From NCBI GenBank assembly GCA_038496445.1, contig JALMLS010000336.1, positions 171,662 through 235,661 of the forward strand: a DNA stretch of 64,000 bases. Direction: 5' to 3'. How positions within the stretch are numbered: the stretch's first letter is position 1; every line of letters starts with the position of its first letter. Positions 40,224 through 52,754 of this stretch are shown one piece after another. A program made the translations under genes and the position numbers. Origin of the DNA: Trichosphaerium sp. ATCC 40318. Its lineage: Eukaryota; Protista; Tubulinea. Under the pieces are notes generated by a model. That model made no database searches, was not told the origin of the DNA, and saw nothing but the letters and a program-made list of their open reading frames with translations.

Positions 40224-43200
40224 ATGCGTTTTCTTGTTCTTCTCGCTGCGTTATCAGCGCTATCGATAACTGTTAGCGGTAATAATGAAGAAATATGTGG
40301 TAATAGTCAATTTACGAACGCCATTTGCTTCAATACTGCGAGGTAAGCTAAAACAACTATTTTCCGTAATACTTAGCTTCGTGTTCTTAACGAATTATCT
40401 TGTTAGTACAACGGACGTTTTCGATAGAAGTCTGATTACTGCACGTATTATTACAAGTCAAGGTTGTGCTTGTACTGGATGGCTTATTGGAGACCGTGGT
40501 GATTTCATAACGAATCACCATTGTTGGTCTGATGGTCTCTGCAAAGGGTTCGTATTCCTTCTACTTTTATATTTCATATCTAACGAAGCCTTTAGGTCTG
40601 CTGCGAGTAATGCAGACGTTGCTGCTGCAAGCTACGAGTTCAATTGTCACCAACCTACTTGTCTTAGTGCCAACCCATCAGGATCTACTCCAGCTGCTTG
40701 TACTGTATGGGGATCCGCAGGAGCAACTGTACGTTTGGGAAAACTGGTTCGAATTCAGAACTTGCTGACTTTCTTTGTTGGCATAGATCATTGACCAAGA
40801 TGCAGGCTTAGATTACGTACTTATTAACTTACCTGGTAACGCTGCTTTAACTTACAACGGACAATTGATATCAACAAACGTAAACGTTGGAGAAGTGCGT
40901 GGGAAGAAATACGTTGAGTATCTACTTACAAATATATAGCAAATCTTTATTTCTCAGCACCCAAGACGTCGTGCTAGAGAGATTTCGAATGTTAACGATG
41001 CTGGAACTAGAGTCAGTGTTCAATCTGTAAACGAAGTTAATTTCATGGGTGGCGCTGCAGCAATGTACGACAACTGTGACAAGTAAACCTCCTGTAACAT
41101 TTCTAGTGGTTATGATGCTGATACTGAAGGCGGAAGCTCGGGCTCTCCAGTTGTGAGAAGAGCAGATTGGGTACTGACTATACTATGATAAGTTCGATTA
41201 TTAACTTTTTAAATAGCGTGCTGTTGCTATCCACCATGCCAGGTCAAACGCAGCTAATCCACAATGTTGGAATAGAGGTATAAAAATACAGTTTTACTTA
41301 CTTCAGCTAAGTATGCTTGCTTAGGTGTTCCAATGTGGCGTATTAGAAACCTTCTTGATTCTAGAGGAGTAAACACTGCCAATTATTTAAGTGACTTAGC
41401 TGGCGGTGCTTTGGCGTGGGGCGACCCTCATTACACAACTTTTGATGGAAGAAAGCATCATTTCCAAGGATTGGGTACTTTCCATCTCGTCATCTCAGAA
41501 CACAACAAATATTATCTTCAATCTAAAACTGCAAACAATGCCATTTGGCCAAGTGCTACTGTCAACCATGAAGTACGTTAACATCGCTGAACTCATTCAC
41601 TTTGAAAAACAAAACCATTTTTTTTGATCACGTGATTTTTTTTTTTTGGTTTTTATCACGTGACTTTTAATTTTGTTTGTTAGATTGGATTGGGATATGA
41701 GATTGATGGAAATGATGTTTTTGTTGCTGTCAAGGCAATCAAAGATGGTGAAGTATGCTACGGTTTTGATGTTATTCATCAGTGTGAAAAGTCGTATGTT
41801 GTTATGTGAAAGATGTCTCACTCATTTTTTCATTTAGTTTGTTCGACCAAATATACTTCAGTCAAACCATTTCGGCAAGAACTGTGACAAGAGATGGATT
41901 CACTGCCACTGTCAATCAAGCAAATGGCAAACATTATGTATTTTTCAGATTCACAACAGGTATTTATTCTGATTCAATTGTGCTGAGCTAATGTACTTTG
42001 TAGGAGCAACAATGAAGATAACAATAAATCATAGAGATAATGATTGTTGGATGAATGTTGAACCAAAGGTTCCTGGTTCGTTTTATGGACGTACTGAAGG
42101 TCTTCTCGGAACGTGGGATGATAATACAAACAATGATTACACAAAGAAAGGAACAACAACAATCGTACCCCATGCTGAATTTGCTGAATCATGTACACAC
42201 TATTTTTCCTTGTTTAACTTTCTGTTACTTAATGCTTATTTAGACCGATTGGAGAAAGGAGAACCAAATGTATTGGCTTGCAAAACAGCTGAAGAGACAT
42301 TTATTGATCCAAAGTTCAAAGGATTGATTGGATTGACACTCGAAGGCGCCAACCAAGAGTGTACGTAACTTTTTCTTACTCAACACTTTTCCTAATACTA
42401 CTTACAGGGATTGATGTTGCCAATCAAGCATGTCGCCGTGTGAGAGATGAAGAAGATAGAAAAGCATGTATATTTGATGTCGCTCATACTCAAAATGTTG
42501 AATTTGCTCAACAAGACATTCTAATAAATACAAGTAAGTTTGCAAGAAGGAATGACTTGTAGTTGATATTTACTTAGGATGTCCTGATAATTGTAATGGA
42601 CGTGGTTTCTGTATTCAAGGAAGATGCAATTGTTTACTTGGATTTTCTGGACCTGATTGTAGTGAAAGTACGTGAAGTGTCTTTTGTGTGAAACTAACGA
42701 ATTGTTAGCTGAATGTACTAATTGTAACAAAGAGACTGGTTATTGTGTTGCTGGACGTTGTGTATGTCGTCCGGGATACTTACCACCAAATTGTGATAAA
42801 CGTATAACAATATGTGACTTGAAACCATTCCCTGATCTTCCAGAACCTATTGTCACTTCAACTTATGTCAAAGGAGGTACTTACCTTTGCTTCACAATGT
42901 GACTTGCGTTTACCGAATACCAGGTATCAAGGTGTTTGTCACTGTTCCATACTTCACCAAGGGAACCACAATTCTTGATTTCAAACCTTTTGAAAAGCTT
43001 GAAAGCCTTTCCGATTGTGCCAATCGTTTCGCTTCAAACCCTCTTGAAGTCGATTCTAAAAATGATGTACGTTTTGGTTGTACCCGTACAGAAACTAACA
43101 ATATTTTAGCTCAGATGGGAGTATGCACCTGATGCCACATATCCAGGAGCTGTATCAGGAGACTTTGCTGGATACCAACACTCACAGTACGTAACACCTG

Positions 43201-43916
43201 TACTTTTAGTAGCCACAGCTGTACCATGTATGAACACCAAAGCTAATATGAATAACTTCAGGCGTTGGAATGTTGTTCCAAGAAATTGTCGTACTTTGTA
43301 CTACTCTGCATTCTTTGATGAACAAACATTGGAACGTTGTAGATTCGAAGGAAGTATATACGTTAACTACGCATCTCCTGTTGATAGTGGCAACATTAAC
43401 AAAGGTTTTGATATCAAAGACTTCAAGATGAGCGTTGAACGTAAGTATCAACAACAAGCGGCTTGTATTCTAACAACTTTGTTTAGCTAAACAACAAGAT
43501 CCAACACAACTAACAATCAACTTGTCACCAAAGGGTATTCTTCAATCACGTGTACCTGCCACTGCAGCGGATAATCTTCGTACTGCTGTATCAAAGGCAT
43601 ATGCTGTAAGTCCAAATGATGTATCTGTCACTGTTGGTAAAGGAAACGACTTCCATGTATCAGTTGACGGCACCTCACATGTTGAAGCTACAGCTACAGA
43701 GTATATCATATTATTAATACTGAGTAATCATGGATTGAAAGTAGACAGTGGTACGCAACCTAACATGAATCTGGTATACTGAGTCTTACTGATAATTGCT
43801 TTTTAGGATCACACTTCTTCACAGTCTCAGATACCCATACTGTTCAATCAAGCGCTACTACAAACTCATATGCTATACTCATATTCATGATGGTATTGAT
43901 AGCTTCATTGTTGTAA
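40224..43916 (+). CDS. Trypsin-like peptidase-vWD-EGF GPI-anchored protein, copy 3
   Basis: Same exon structure and motifs as copy 2; tandem direct duplicate. Confidence 0.9.
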
Positions 43917-44749
43917 CTCTCAAATAAATTCTACATCACACAAGTTCCTTTGCTTACACTATAGCAATGTATTGTTTTTGCAAAAAAGCCTAGTCTTTGT
44001 TCGTTCTTTACCAACACTTCTACAACAAAGTTGTTTAATAAACTATGGATAAGGTATTCAGGGTATTTCGCAAGACAGAAGCCAACAAGTTGCATTTATT
44101 TCGTTTGTGGATCATTACCAGGTTAAAAAGGTTCACAGATTTCAGTATGTGTCTTTAGTCAAAAGACAATACGAGAAGGATCATAGTAGAAACACTTACA
44201 CAACAGTCCACGATACTCACGTCCAGTTCCTAATGCGAGTTTTAAATCCGAATATTTTAGGATTCAGTGAAGTAGTTTTAATGGTTTTTTTTTTGAAAAA
44301 TGTTTAACACAAGCTTGGATTTTCGTGGCATGTGAACTCTTGTCGGGTTTGAGCATTCTCGATATTCCTACAGGACAATAATTTATCAGCTAATGTGCTA
44401 AGGGTAACAATCCAATGGACGCAAAAGTTAAGTATGAACCCCTTCTCAACAAAAACACGAGGCTGACTAGCCGTGTACAAGACAAATAAGCGTACTTCCG
44501 TTACCCGACCTGTATTCACCAAACATTTGTGAGTCTTAAACTCTTGACGATATTCACCCAATAGAATACATAAGGTGCGTTGAATAAAAACGAGATTTTG
44601 CGCAAGAAAAAAAAGGCAACACGTGAATGTTGCTTATTTGCAGGCAATAATTCGTAAAAAAAGAAGAACGGGGTGAAATGTGACTCGCATTTAGTACACA
44701 GTTGGCTATCAAAGTTGTTAAATCCAAACAACTAGCGCAACTATTCAGA

Positions 44750-47700
44750 ATGCGCTCTTTCTTACTGCTAGTTGTATTATCAGTGCTTACTATAGGCGTA
44801 ACTGGTAGTAGCGAGGAAATATGTGGTACCAGTCAACTGACTAACGCCATATGCTTCAATACTCTCAGGTAAGCCATACATAGCACTGAGTTAGAATTTT
44901 CCTTCTGACATTCTTCGTCTTAGCAACTCGGACCTTTTTGATAGAAGTTACATCGCTGCGCGTGTAACAACTGCTCAAGGTTGTTCATGTACTGGATGGC
45001 TTATTGGAGATATGGGACATTTTATTACGAACCACCATTGTTGGTCTAGTTTTGGTTGCAAAGGGTTTGTAGTACTTTGTGCTTTATTTATCTAACGAAC
45101 TTCTTAGGTCAGCAGCGACTAATGCAGACGTTGCTGCTGCAACGTACGAATTCTTTTGCCATCAGCTCACTTGTGCTGCTGCAAATCCAGCTGGATCTAC
45201 TCCAGCTTCTTGTACTACATGGGGAGCTGCAGGAGCAACTGTACGTGTAAATAGTTTAAAGAGTATTGTTATTGACTTTCTTCATTGACACAGATCATTG
45301 ACCAAGACGCTGGATTAGATTACGTACTTATTGACCTGCCTGGTAATCCCGCTCTTACATACAACGGACAATTGATTGCGACCAATGCAAACATTGGCGA
45401 AGTGCGTATAGCTACGCTAAGATACCTAACTAAACATCAACAGCAAATTGTTATTTCTCAGCACCCACGTGCTCGTGCCAGAGAGATTTCGCACGTCAAT
45501 GACGCAGGAAACAGATGTAGCGTTCAATCCGTTACAGAAGTCAATGTTATGGGTGGTGGCGCAGCAATGTACGATGGGTGATTAAGAGTTTTTCAAATAC
45601 ACTAATACTATGTTGCAGCGGCTATGATTGCGACACAGAAGGCGGCAGCTCAGGCTCTCCAGTTGTGAGAAGAACTGACTGGGTAATACGCTTTAACAGG
45701 ATTTCTATTTTACTAATTAATTAAATCATAAAGCGTGCCGTTGCTATTCATCATGCTAGATCCGACCCAGCCAATCCATCATGTTGGAACAGAGGCACTC
45801 AAACATCACACTATTTTATAAACTAAACAGCTACTAGGTGTTCCAATGTTTCGTATTAGAAACCTTCTTGATTCGAGAGGCATCAATACGATAGGATACT
45901 TGACTAATGCTCCGGGTGGTGGACTCTCATGGGGCGATCCTCATTATACAACTTTTGATGGAAGAAGGCATCATTTCCAAGGATTGGGTACTTTCCATCT
46001 CGTCATCTCAGAACACAACAAGTTTTATCTTCAATCTAAAACTGCAAATAATGCCATTTGGCCAAGTGCGACTGTTAACCACGAAGTACGTTATCCTCCT
46101 TTGAAATCTCATTCACTTCGAAACAAATCCTGTTTTTTTATCAAACCACGTGTTTTTTTTTCTGTTGTATGCGATTTTTTTGTCACGTGATTGACTTTGT
46201 TTTTCACGTGATTTTTGAAAGTTGTTATTAGATTGGATTGGGATATGAGATTGATGGAAATGATGTTTTTGTTGCTGTCAAGGCAATCAAAGATGGTGAA
46301 GTATGCTACGGTTTTGATGTTATTCATCAATGTGAAAAGTCGTAAGTTACCTCTTGTATGATGTCGCAAAAACTCACTTTCTTTTCTTTTTAGTTTGTTC
46401 GACCAAATATACTTCAGTCAAACCATTTCGGCAAGGACTGTGACAAGAGATGGATTCACTGCCACTGTCAATCAAGCAAATGGCAAACATTATGTATTTT
46501 TCAGATTCACAACAGGTATTTATTCTCAAGATTGTGCTGAGCTAATGTACTTTGTAGGAGCAACAATGAAGATAACAATAAATCATAGAGATAATGATTG
46601 TTGGATGAATGTTGAACCAAAGGTTCCTGGTTCGTTTTATGGACGTACTGAAGGTCTTCTCGGGACATGGGATGATAATAGAAATAATGACTACACAAAG
46701 AAAGGAACAACAACAATCGTACCTCATGCTGAATTTGCTGAATCATGTACACACTATTTTTCCTTGTTTAACTTTGTGTTACTTAATGCTCATTTAGACC
46801 GATTGGAGAAAGGAGAACCAAATGTATTGGCTTGTAGACCAGCGAAAGAAACATTTATTGATCCAAAGTTCAAAGGATTGATTGGGTTGACGCTCGAAGG
46901 AGCTAATCCAGAATGTACGATAAAGAGTAGTCATCACAGTACTCAACTATTTCCCTAATACTGCTTACAGGGATTGATGTTGCCAACCAAGCATGCCGTC
47001 GTGTGAGAGATGAAGAAGATAGAAAAGCATGTATATTCGATGTCGCTCATACTCAAAATGTTGAATTTGCTCAACAAGACATTCTAATAAATACAAGTAA
47101 GTTTGCAAGAAGGAATGACTTGTTGATAATTGTGACTTAGGATGTCCTAATAATTGTAATGGACGTGGTTTCTGTATTCAAGGAAGATGCAATTGTTTAC
47201 TTGGATTTTCTGGACCAGATTGTAGTGAAAGTACGTGAACTCATATCTTTTGTGCAGAAACTAATGAATTTTTAGCTGAATGTACTGATTGTAACAAAGA
47301 TGGTGGGTACTGTGTTGCTGGACGTTGTGTTTGTCGTCCAGGATTCTTGCCACCAAATTGTGATAAACGTATAACAATATGTGACTTGAAACCATTCCCT
47401 GATCTTCCAGAACCTATTGTCACTTCAATACCCGTCAGAGGAGGTACTGCCACTTTCATTCTTGTTTGCTTCACAATGTGACTTGTGTTTACCGAATACT
47501 AGGTATCAAGGTGTTTGTCACTGTTCCATACTTCACCAAGGGAACCACAATTCTTGATTTCAAACCTTTTGAAAAGCTTGAGAGTCTTTCTGATTGTGCC
47601 AATCGCTTTGCTTCAAACCCTCTTGAAGTCGATTCTAAAAATGATGTACGTAAATCGTTAATCACTTACAGTATCTAATCAATTTCACAGCCAAGATGGG

Positions 47701-48490
47701 AGTATGCACCTGATGCCACATATCCAGGAGCTGTATCAGGAGACTTTGCTGGATACCAACACTCACAGTACGTAACACCACAGTACCACACTGTACCATT
47801 ATGAACACCAACGCTAATATGAATAACTTTAGGCGTTGGAATGTTGTTCCAAGAAATTGTCGTACTTTGTACTACTCTGCATTCTTTGATGAACAAACAT
47901 TGGAACGTTGTAGATTCGAAGGAAGTATATACGTTAACTATGCATCTCCTGTTGATAGTGGCAACATTAACAAAGGTTTTGATATCAAAGACTTCAAGAT
48001 GAGCGTTGAACGTAAGTATCAACAACAAGCGGCTTGTATTCTAACAACTTTATTTAGCTAAACAACAAGATCCAACACAACTAACAATCAACTTGTCACC
48101 AAAGGGTATTCTTCAATCACGTGTACCTGCTACTGCAGCGGATACTCTTCGTACTGCTGTATCAAAAGCATATGCTGTAAGTCCAAATGATGTATCTGTC
48201 ACTGTTGGTAAAGGAAACGACTTCCATGTATCAGTTGATGGCACCACACATGTTGAAGCAGGAGCTACAGAGTATATCATATTATTGATGAGTAATCATG
48301 GACTGAAAGTAGATAGTGGTGCGCAACCAAACGCGAACATATTGTATTCAGTGTGCTAATAACAATTGCTTTAGGATCACACTTCCTCACAGTCTCAGAT
48401 ACCCATACTGTTCAATCAAGTGCTACGACAAACTCATTTGCAGTATTCACCTTGATGATAATATTGATAGCTTATAGCTTGTTGTTGTAA
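44750..48490 (+). CDS. Trypsin-like peptidase-vWD-EGF GPI-anchored protein, copy 4
   Basis: Same architecture; the model needs a GC-AG intron at 45795-45837. Confidence 0.85.
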
Positions 48491-48573
48491 TCCTCAATAC
48501 ATTCAATATCACTCACCTCTAACCGAGTTCCTAAGTTCTTACAAACAGTATTATTGAACTTTTTTTATTGTAC

Positions 48574-49248
48574 TTACCACTCATACAAAGTGGCAAGCTT
48601 TGTTACAATAGTATAGTAATCATTACCATGAAGCTTAGGACCAAAGTTTGCTAGTGTATCATAAAACCCAGACGCAGGAATGGCATCATTAACTTTCGTG
48701 ATATGTGCACGTGGCATTCCCTTTGTAATCATTCCTTTACTTGCATCTATCCAATCAGACTTTCTAACAGCATTAACATACTTTTCATTCGGTCCTGAGA
48801 AAGGTGTAATCTTATGATGCCAATGTATGATGTCTTTTAATAGTTGAAGTTCTTCTTTATCGTAAAGTTCAGAAAATCGTTTCTCGGCCTCTTCGAATGA
48901 TGGTTCTAAATAAGCAAGTTCTGAGTGAGTCCATAATGCGATATCATGAAAAACAAGGCCTGTAGATATTATTTTAGAGTACTTTCTATCGTCACCAAGA
49001 AAATGGTTTGTGTATGATAAGACTCTGTAAATATGGTTTCTGTATCCATCGTAGTCCTCCTTTATTACCGTCTTGTATGTAGACAGTATCTCTTCAACTG
49101 TTTCATCAGTTTTAATCACTTGAATGTCTCTTTCTAGCGATTTCAAATCCTCTCTTGACGTTTTTTCGATGTCTATAAAAATAAAGGCAACTACGACTGC
49201 TATGATAGCGATAATGACAATAGCAAGAAAATTACAGCAACTACCCAT
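48574..49248 (-). CDS. Intronless membrane-anchored HD-domain (phosphohydrolase-like) protein
   Basis: N-terminal MGSCC + TM helix; YRNH..RV, FHDIALW, HHK and RKSDWID metal-ligand pattern. Confidence 0.75.
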   Translation of the reverse strand: MGSCCNFLAIVIIAIIAVVVAFIFIDIEKTSREDLKSLERDIQVIKTDETVEEILSTYKTVIKEDYDGYRNHIYRVLSYTNHFLGDDRKYSKIISTGLVFHDIALWTHSELAYLEPSFEEAEKRFSELYDKEELQLLKDIIHWHHKITPFSGPNEKYVNAVRKSDWIDASKGMITKGMPRAHITKVNDAIPASGFYDTLANFGPKLHGNDYYTIVTKLATLYEW

Positions 49249-49529
49249 TGCGTATGCTATTTAGGAAACGAATTCGTAACAACTTAAAACAGAAACACTG
49301 CCTTAAACTGTTTACGGGTAATTGTGCTCCCGATAATTTCGTTTCAAGATTACCTGTTCTAACGCTTTGTTATGTCTCTGGAAAGACGGGACTAGAAGCT
49401 GCACGACATACGTTTGGTGTCAACCTCTCTTGAAGTGCAAAGTAAAAAGTCCACAGTAGTCTGTTGTGACCTATTATCTGCTTAAACTTGAAGGCTACGA
49501 ACTAAAACGAAACAGTACAACCACATACG

Positions 49530-50543
49530 ATGTCTAAAAGTAGTATTGTCGCAAAACAAAGGTAATAACGCTATACTGCCCTGTTCGCTAGTGTAACCGT
49601 CTTACTTAGTCCAATAAACATTGTGGAACTGCCTACAGAGATTTTAGCTGGTATTTTACGACGAACAACAACAACACGAGTTGCAGCTTGTCAAACGTGT
49701 CACAGGCTTGCATCCATCATACACGATATTGTAGGATACTCCAAAATTAGAATTAAAAGTCTGGAGCATGCAAAAGCACTATTAAAACACTCCAGCACTC
49801 TCCGTCATACAAAAATCGTAATTGTGCATAACGAATGTAAACAAATTGATTGCGTTGTAAAAGAATTAGCTGGTGTTCATACTATAGACCTTGTGTGCAC
49901 TGTAGTGACAGATGCAAGTGTCAAACTACTTGCTGGAGTTCATACTATTGCCCTTGGAATGTGCACGCATATAACAGATGAAGCTATCAAACCCTTAGCA
50001 GGTGTTCACTCCATAGACCTTTCCAATACCCTTGTGACAGATGAGGGTATCCAGGCACTTGCTGGAGTCCATACCATTGACCTTCATGGTTGTAAGAATA
50101 TAACAGATCAAGGTGTCAAAAAACTTGCTGGTGTTCATACTATTCATCTTCAATGGACACCAGTAACAGATGAAGGCATTAAACCATTAGCTGGCGTTCA
50201 TACCATTTTGCTTCGCGGATGCGAGGTAACGGATAACAGCATCAAAGAACTCTGTGGTGTTCACGAAATTGATCTTTGTGGAACTGAGGTAACGGATGTA
50301 GGTATCAAAGCACTTGCTGGAGTTCATACAATCCTGCTTCACAACTGCCAACATGTAACAGATGAATGTCTCAAGTCGCTTTCAAGTGCTCATGAGATTG
50401 TCCTCTCCAGAACCAACATAACAGATGAAGGTATCAGACATCTTTCTAATGCTTATAATGTAGATGTTTGTTATACTTTAGTAACAGAAGAAGGTGTTGA
50501 AGAATGGCTAAGACATGTTCATACTGTGTACAGCGACTTTTAG
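49530..50543 (+). CDS. F-box + leucine-rich repeat protein (paralog C)
   Basis: Short exon MSKSSIVAKQ, intron, VELPTEIL F-box, AGVHTIxL repeats homologous to 17313-18462. Confidence 0.85.
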
Positions 50544-50680
50544 GGGTTTTTTGTTCCAATGTATTAAACTCATAAATAAAACTGCTTGGTACAACCACCC
50601 CTCTAAGCGTTTTCGTATAAAGTGCATTGATGGAAAAAACATAAAAACAAGTAAACTTATGCATGGACAAGCGGTTTTAC

Positions 50681-51777
50681 TTATGAGCTATCTTGTTTGA
50701 TGATACCAGCAAGCAACAACCTTTGTACTTTCTTAGCCATAAGAGGATCATTCATAGCACTAAAGAAGCGTCAGAAAACCCATACCTTTTTAACCGGTAC
50801 GCAAAAAAAAACCGTAAAAACACGTGCACTTGTGCTGCTGCTGGGTTTGCCACCAAATCAGCCATGACTTGTTTGACGCTCGGGTCACTTAGTACGGACT
50901 AGATAAACAATAAGAGAATGTGACGTTTGATAAAAAAAATCACGTGATTTGTTTTATTTTTATGGACGTACAGCAAGTTCTGGATCTTCTATCCAACTGG
51001 TCGCATTGGATGAAGGATCAACGTTTTCTCCTGCTTCAGATCGAATAACGAAATTTTGTGCCCGATTTAAACCCTCCTTGTAATACTTCAAAAAAGATCC
51101 CGAAAGTTAGCTTTGAATAGTTCAAGTAACGTAGGAGCGTACAGTATTCGATGGATCAGTCCTCATGGCGGCATTGTACACATCTAACGCACCATAAAAA
51201 TCACGCTTCATTTCCATAGCATGCCTACAAGCCGTACGTTTAGTTTGAAGTTTTTTTTTTGTAAATTTCGATAAATAGAAATTTAACTCCAACCGCACGC
51301 TTTAGTTAGATACCCAGCCTCTATTTTAAGCTATTATTAGCTAAAAGGACTCGAATAGAGAGAAAAAAAAACCCCTTGAAAAAATATCACGTGAACATAC
51401 CTATCGCTCTATCTAACGAGATGGCTTTATTGCAGTCGGAAATAGCTTCATCATAATCTCGCAACTGCGCATGTGCGTTTGCTCTTAGAAAATGATTTGT
51501 CAGGTTATGGACTCATAAGACAATATGCTCGCCGTAAATAGTTAAAATACTTACCTACTAGCGTATAGGAGTGCATTTCCGGGGTCTTCGTTAATGGCTA
51601 GCGTGTAAGATCTAATACGTTTTAATAGACGTTGTAACAAAGATGTATTGACGATAGACGTACTCTATAGCGCCGTTATACTGCCCTTTTAATGCGTACT
51701 CATCTCCTTTATCCTATTTACTTAGATAAGCATCACGTGATAGATATCTTTTTGGAAGGTACCTTTAAGGCTGTCAT
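50681..51777 (-). CDS. Small TPR + STI1(DP) co-chaperone, multi-exon
   Basis: TPRs (KDKGDEYALKGQYNGAIESYTLAI...DYDEAISDCNKAI) followed by DPELASVLSDPSVKQVMADL...NDPLMAKKVQRLLLAGII. Confidence 0.8.
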
Positions 51778-51981
51778 ACGATGCAAAAGTATCTGAAAAA
51801 AAATAACGAACAAAGCAAAAAAAAAAAAACGTTAAGCCCAGTTTACTAATGACTTTCTGTAAAGCCACCTTATCACTAAAATAGTCCTACAAGCTTACAT
51901 GGTAATACGACAGACAAAATGAAGGCGCCATATTGTAATTTTAGTAAATACTTTGCCGATAATCTCTGGCTGGATATTTCG

Positions 51982-52754
51982 CTATGTAGAAATAATTCGT
52001 ACTCCATTCACATACTTATATTGTTCATATAAAGAACCATTAGGTGCCCATGTTTTGCACATACCTTCTCTCTTACCGTTTACGTACTGGCAATGTATTC
52101 CTAGTTGGCCATTCGAATACCTAGCAACAGAACATGAGCAACTCCGACTCTTATAAAAAACCCTCCGTACCATTGCTTGTACTCTCCAACTTTTACGCCA
52201 TTAACAACGAAGTACTGAAGACACATGGTCCCACGAGAATACCAAGTCATATGTACACCTTGTTGCAAGCCTTTCTTGTACAGACTATACGCTATGAGGT
52301 TACCATTTGAATGACGAACAACTTGCTCTCCTTCCTTCAAACCGTTCTTGAACTCACATGTGGCAAGAAGCGCTCCATTGTAACTCCAAGTCTTGCAAAA
52401 GCCGTTCCTCTTCCCTCTCTTGTATACGCATCTCTCTGCAAGTATACCATTCAAATGCCATGTCAAACATTCGCCTTCTTCCATGTCGTCTTTGAAATAC
52501 CATTGCTGGTACTTGTGTCCAAAGTGACTCCATTTGATATGTTCGCCATCCTTTAGTCCGTTCTTAAAAGATGTAATCTGAACTACTTTATCTAGACTGT
52601 ACTTTTTAAATATCCCGTTTTTGTTCAGTTCATTGTTATATCTACACGTGACTGCCGTTTGATAACATAGAAGAGGCCATTTAATAAATACTTCCTTACA
52701 TGAGTTAAAAACCATGTGTTGAAGCTCTAACGGTAGTGATAATAGCGACGTCAT
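51982..52754 (-). CDS. F-box-like + MORN-variant repeat protein (2 exons)
   Basis: SLLSLPLELQHMVF followed by FKNGLKDG..W..NG repeats; a gtacgg...ctag intron joins the two ORFs. Confidence 0.78.

Noticed and set aside
35742-48490. Tandem copies as an assembly artefact or mobile element
   Set aside because: The copies differ in exons, introns and spacers, and there is no transposase, terminal repeat or target-site duplication.
52101-52173. Apparent frameshift between the two MORN ORFs
   Set aside because: A canonical gtacgg...ctag intron restores QW|YSNG.
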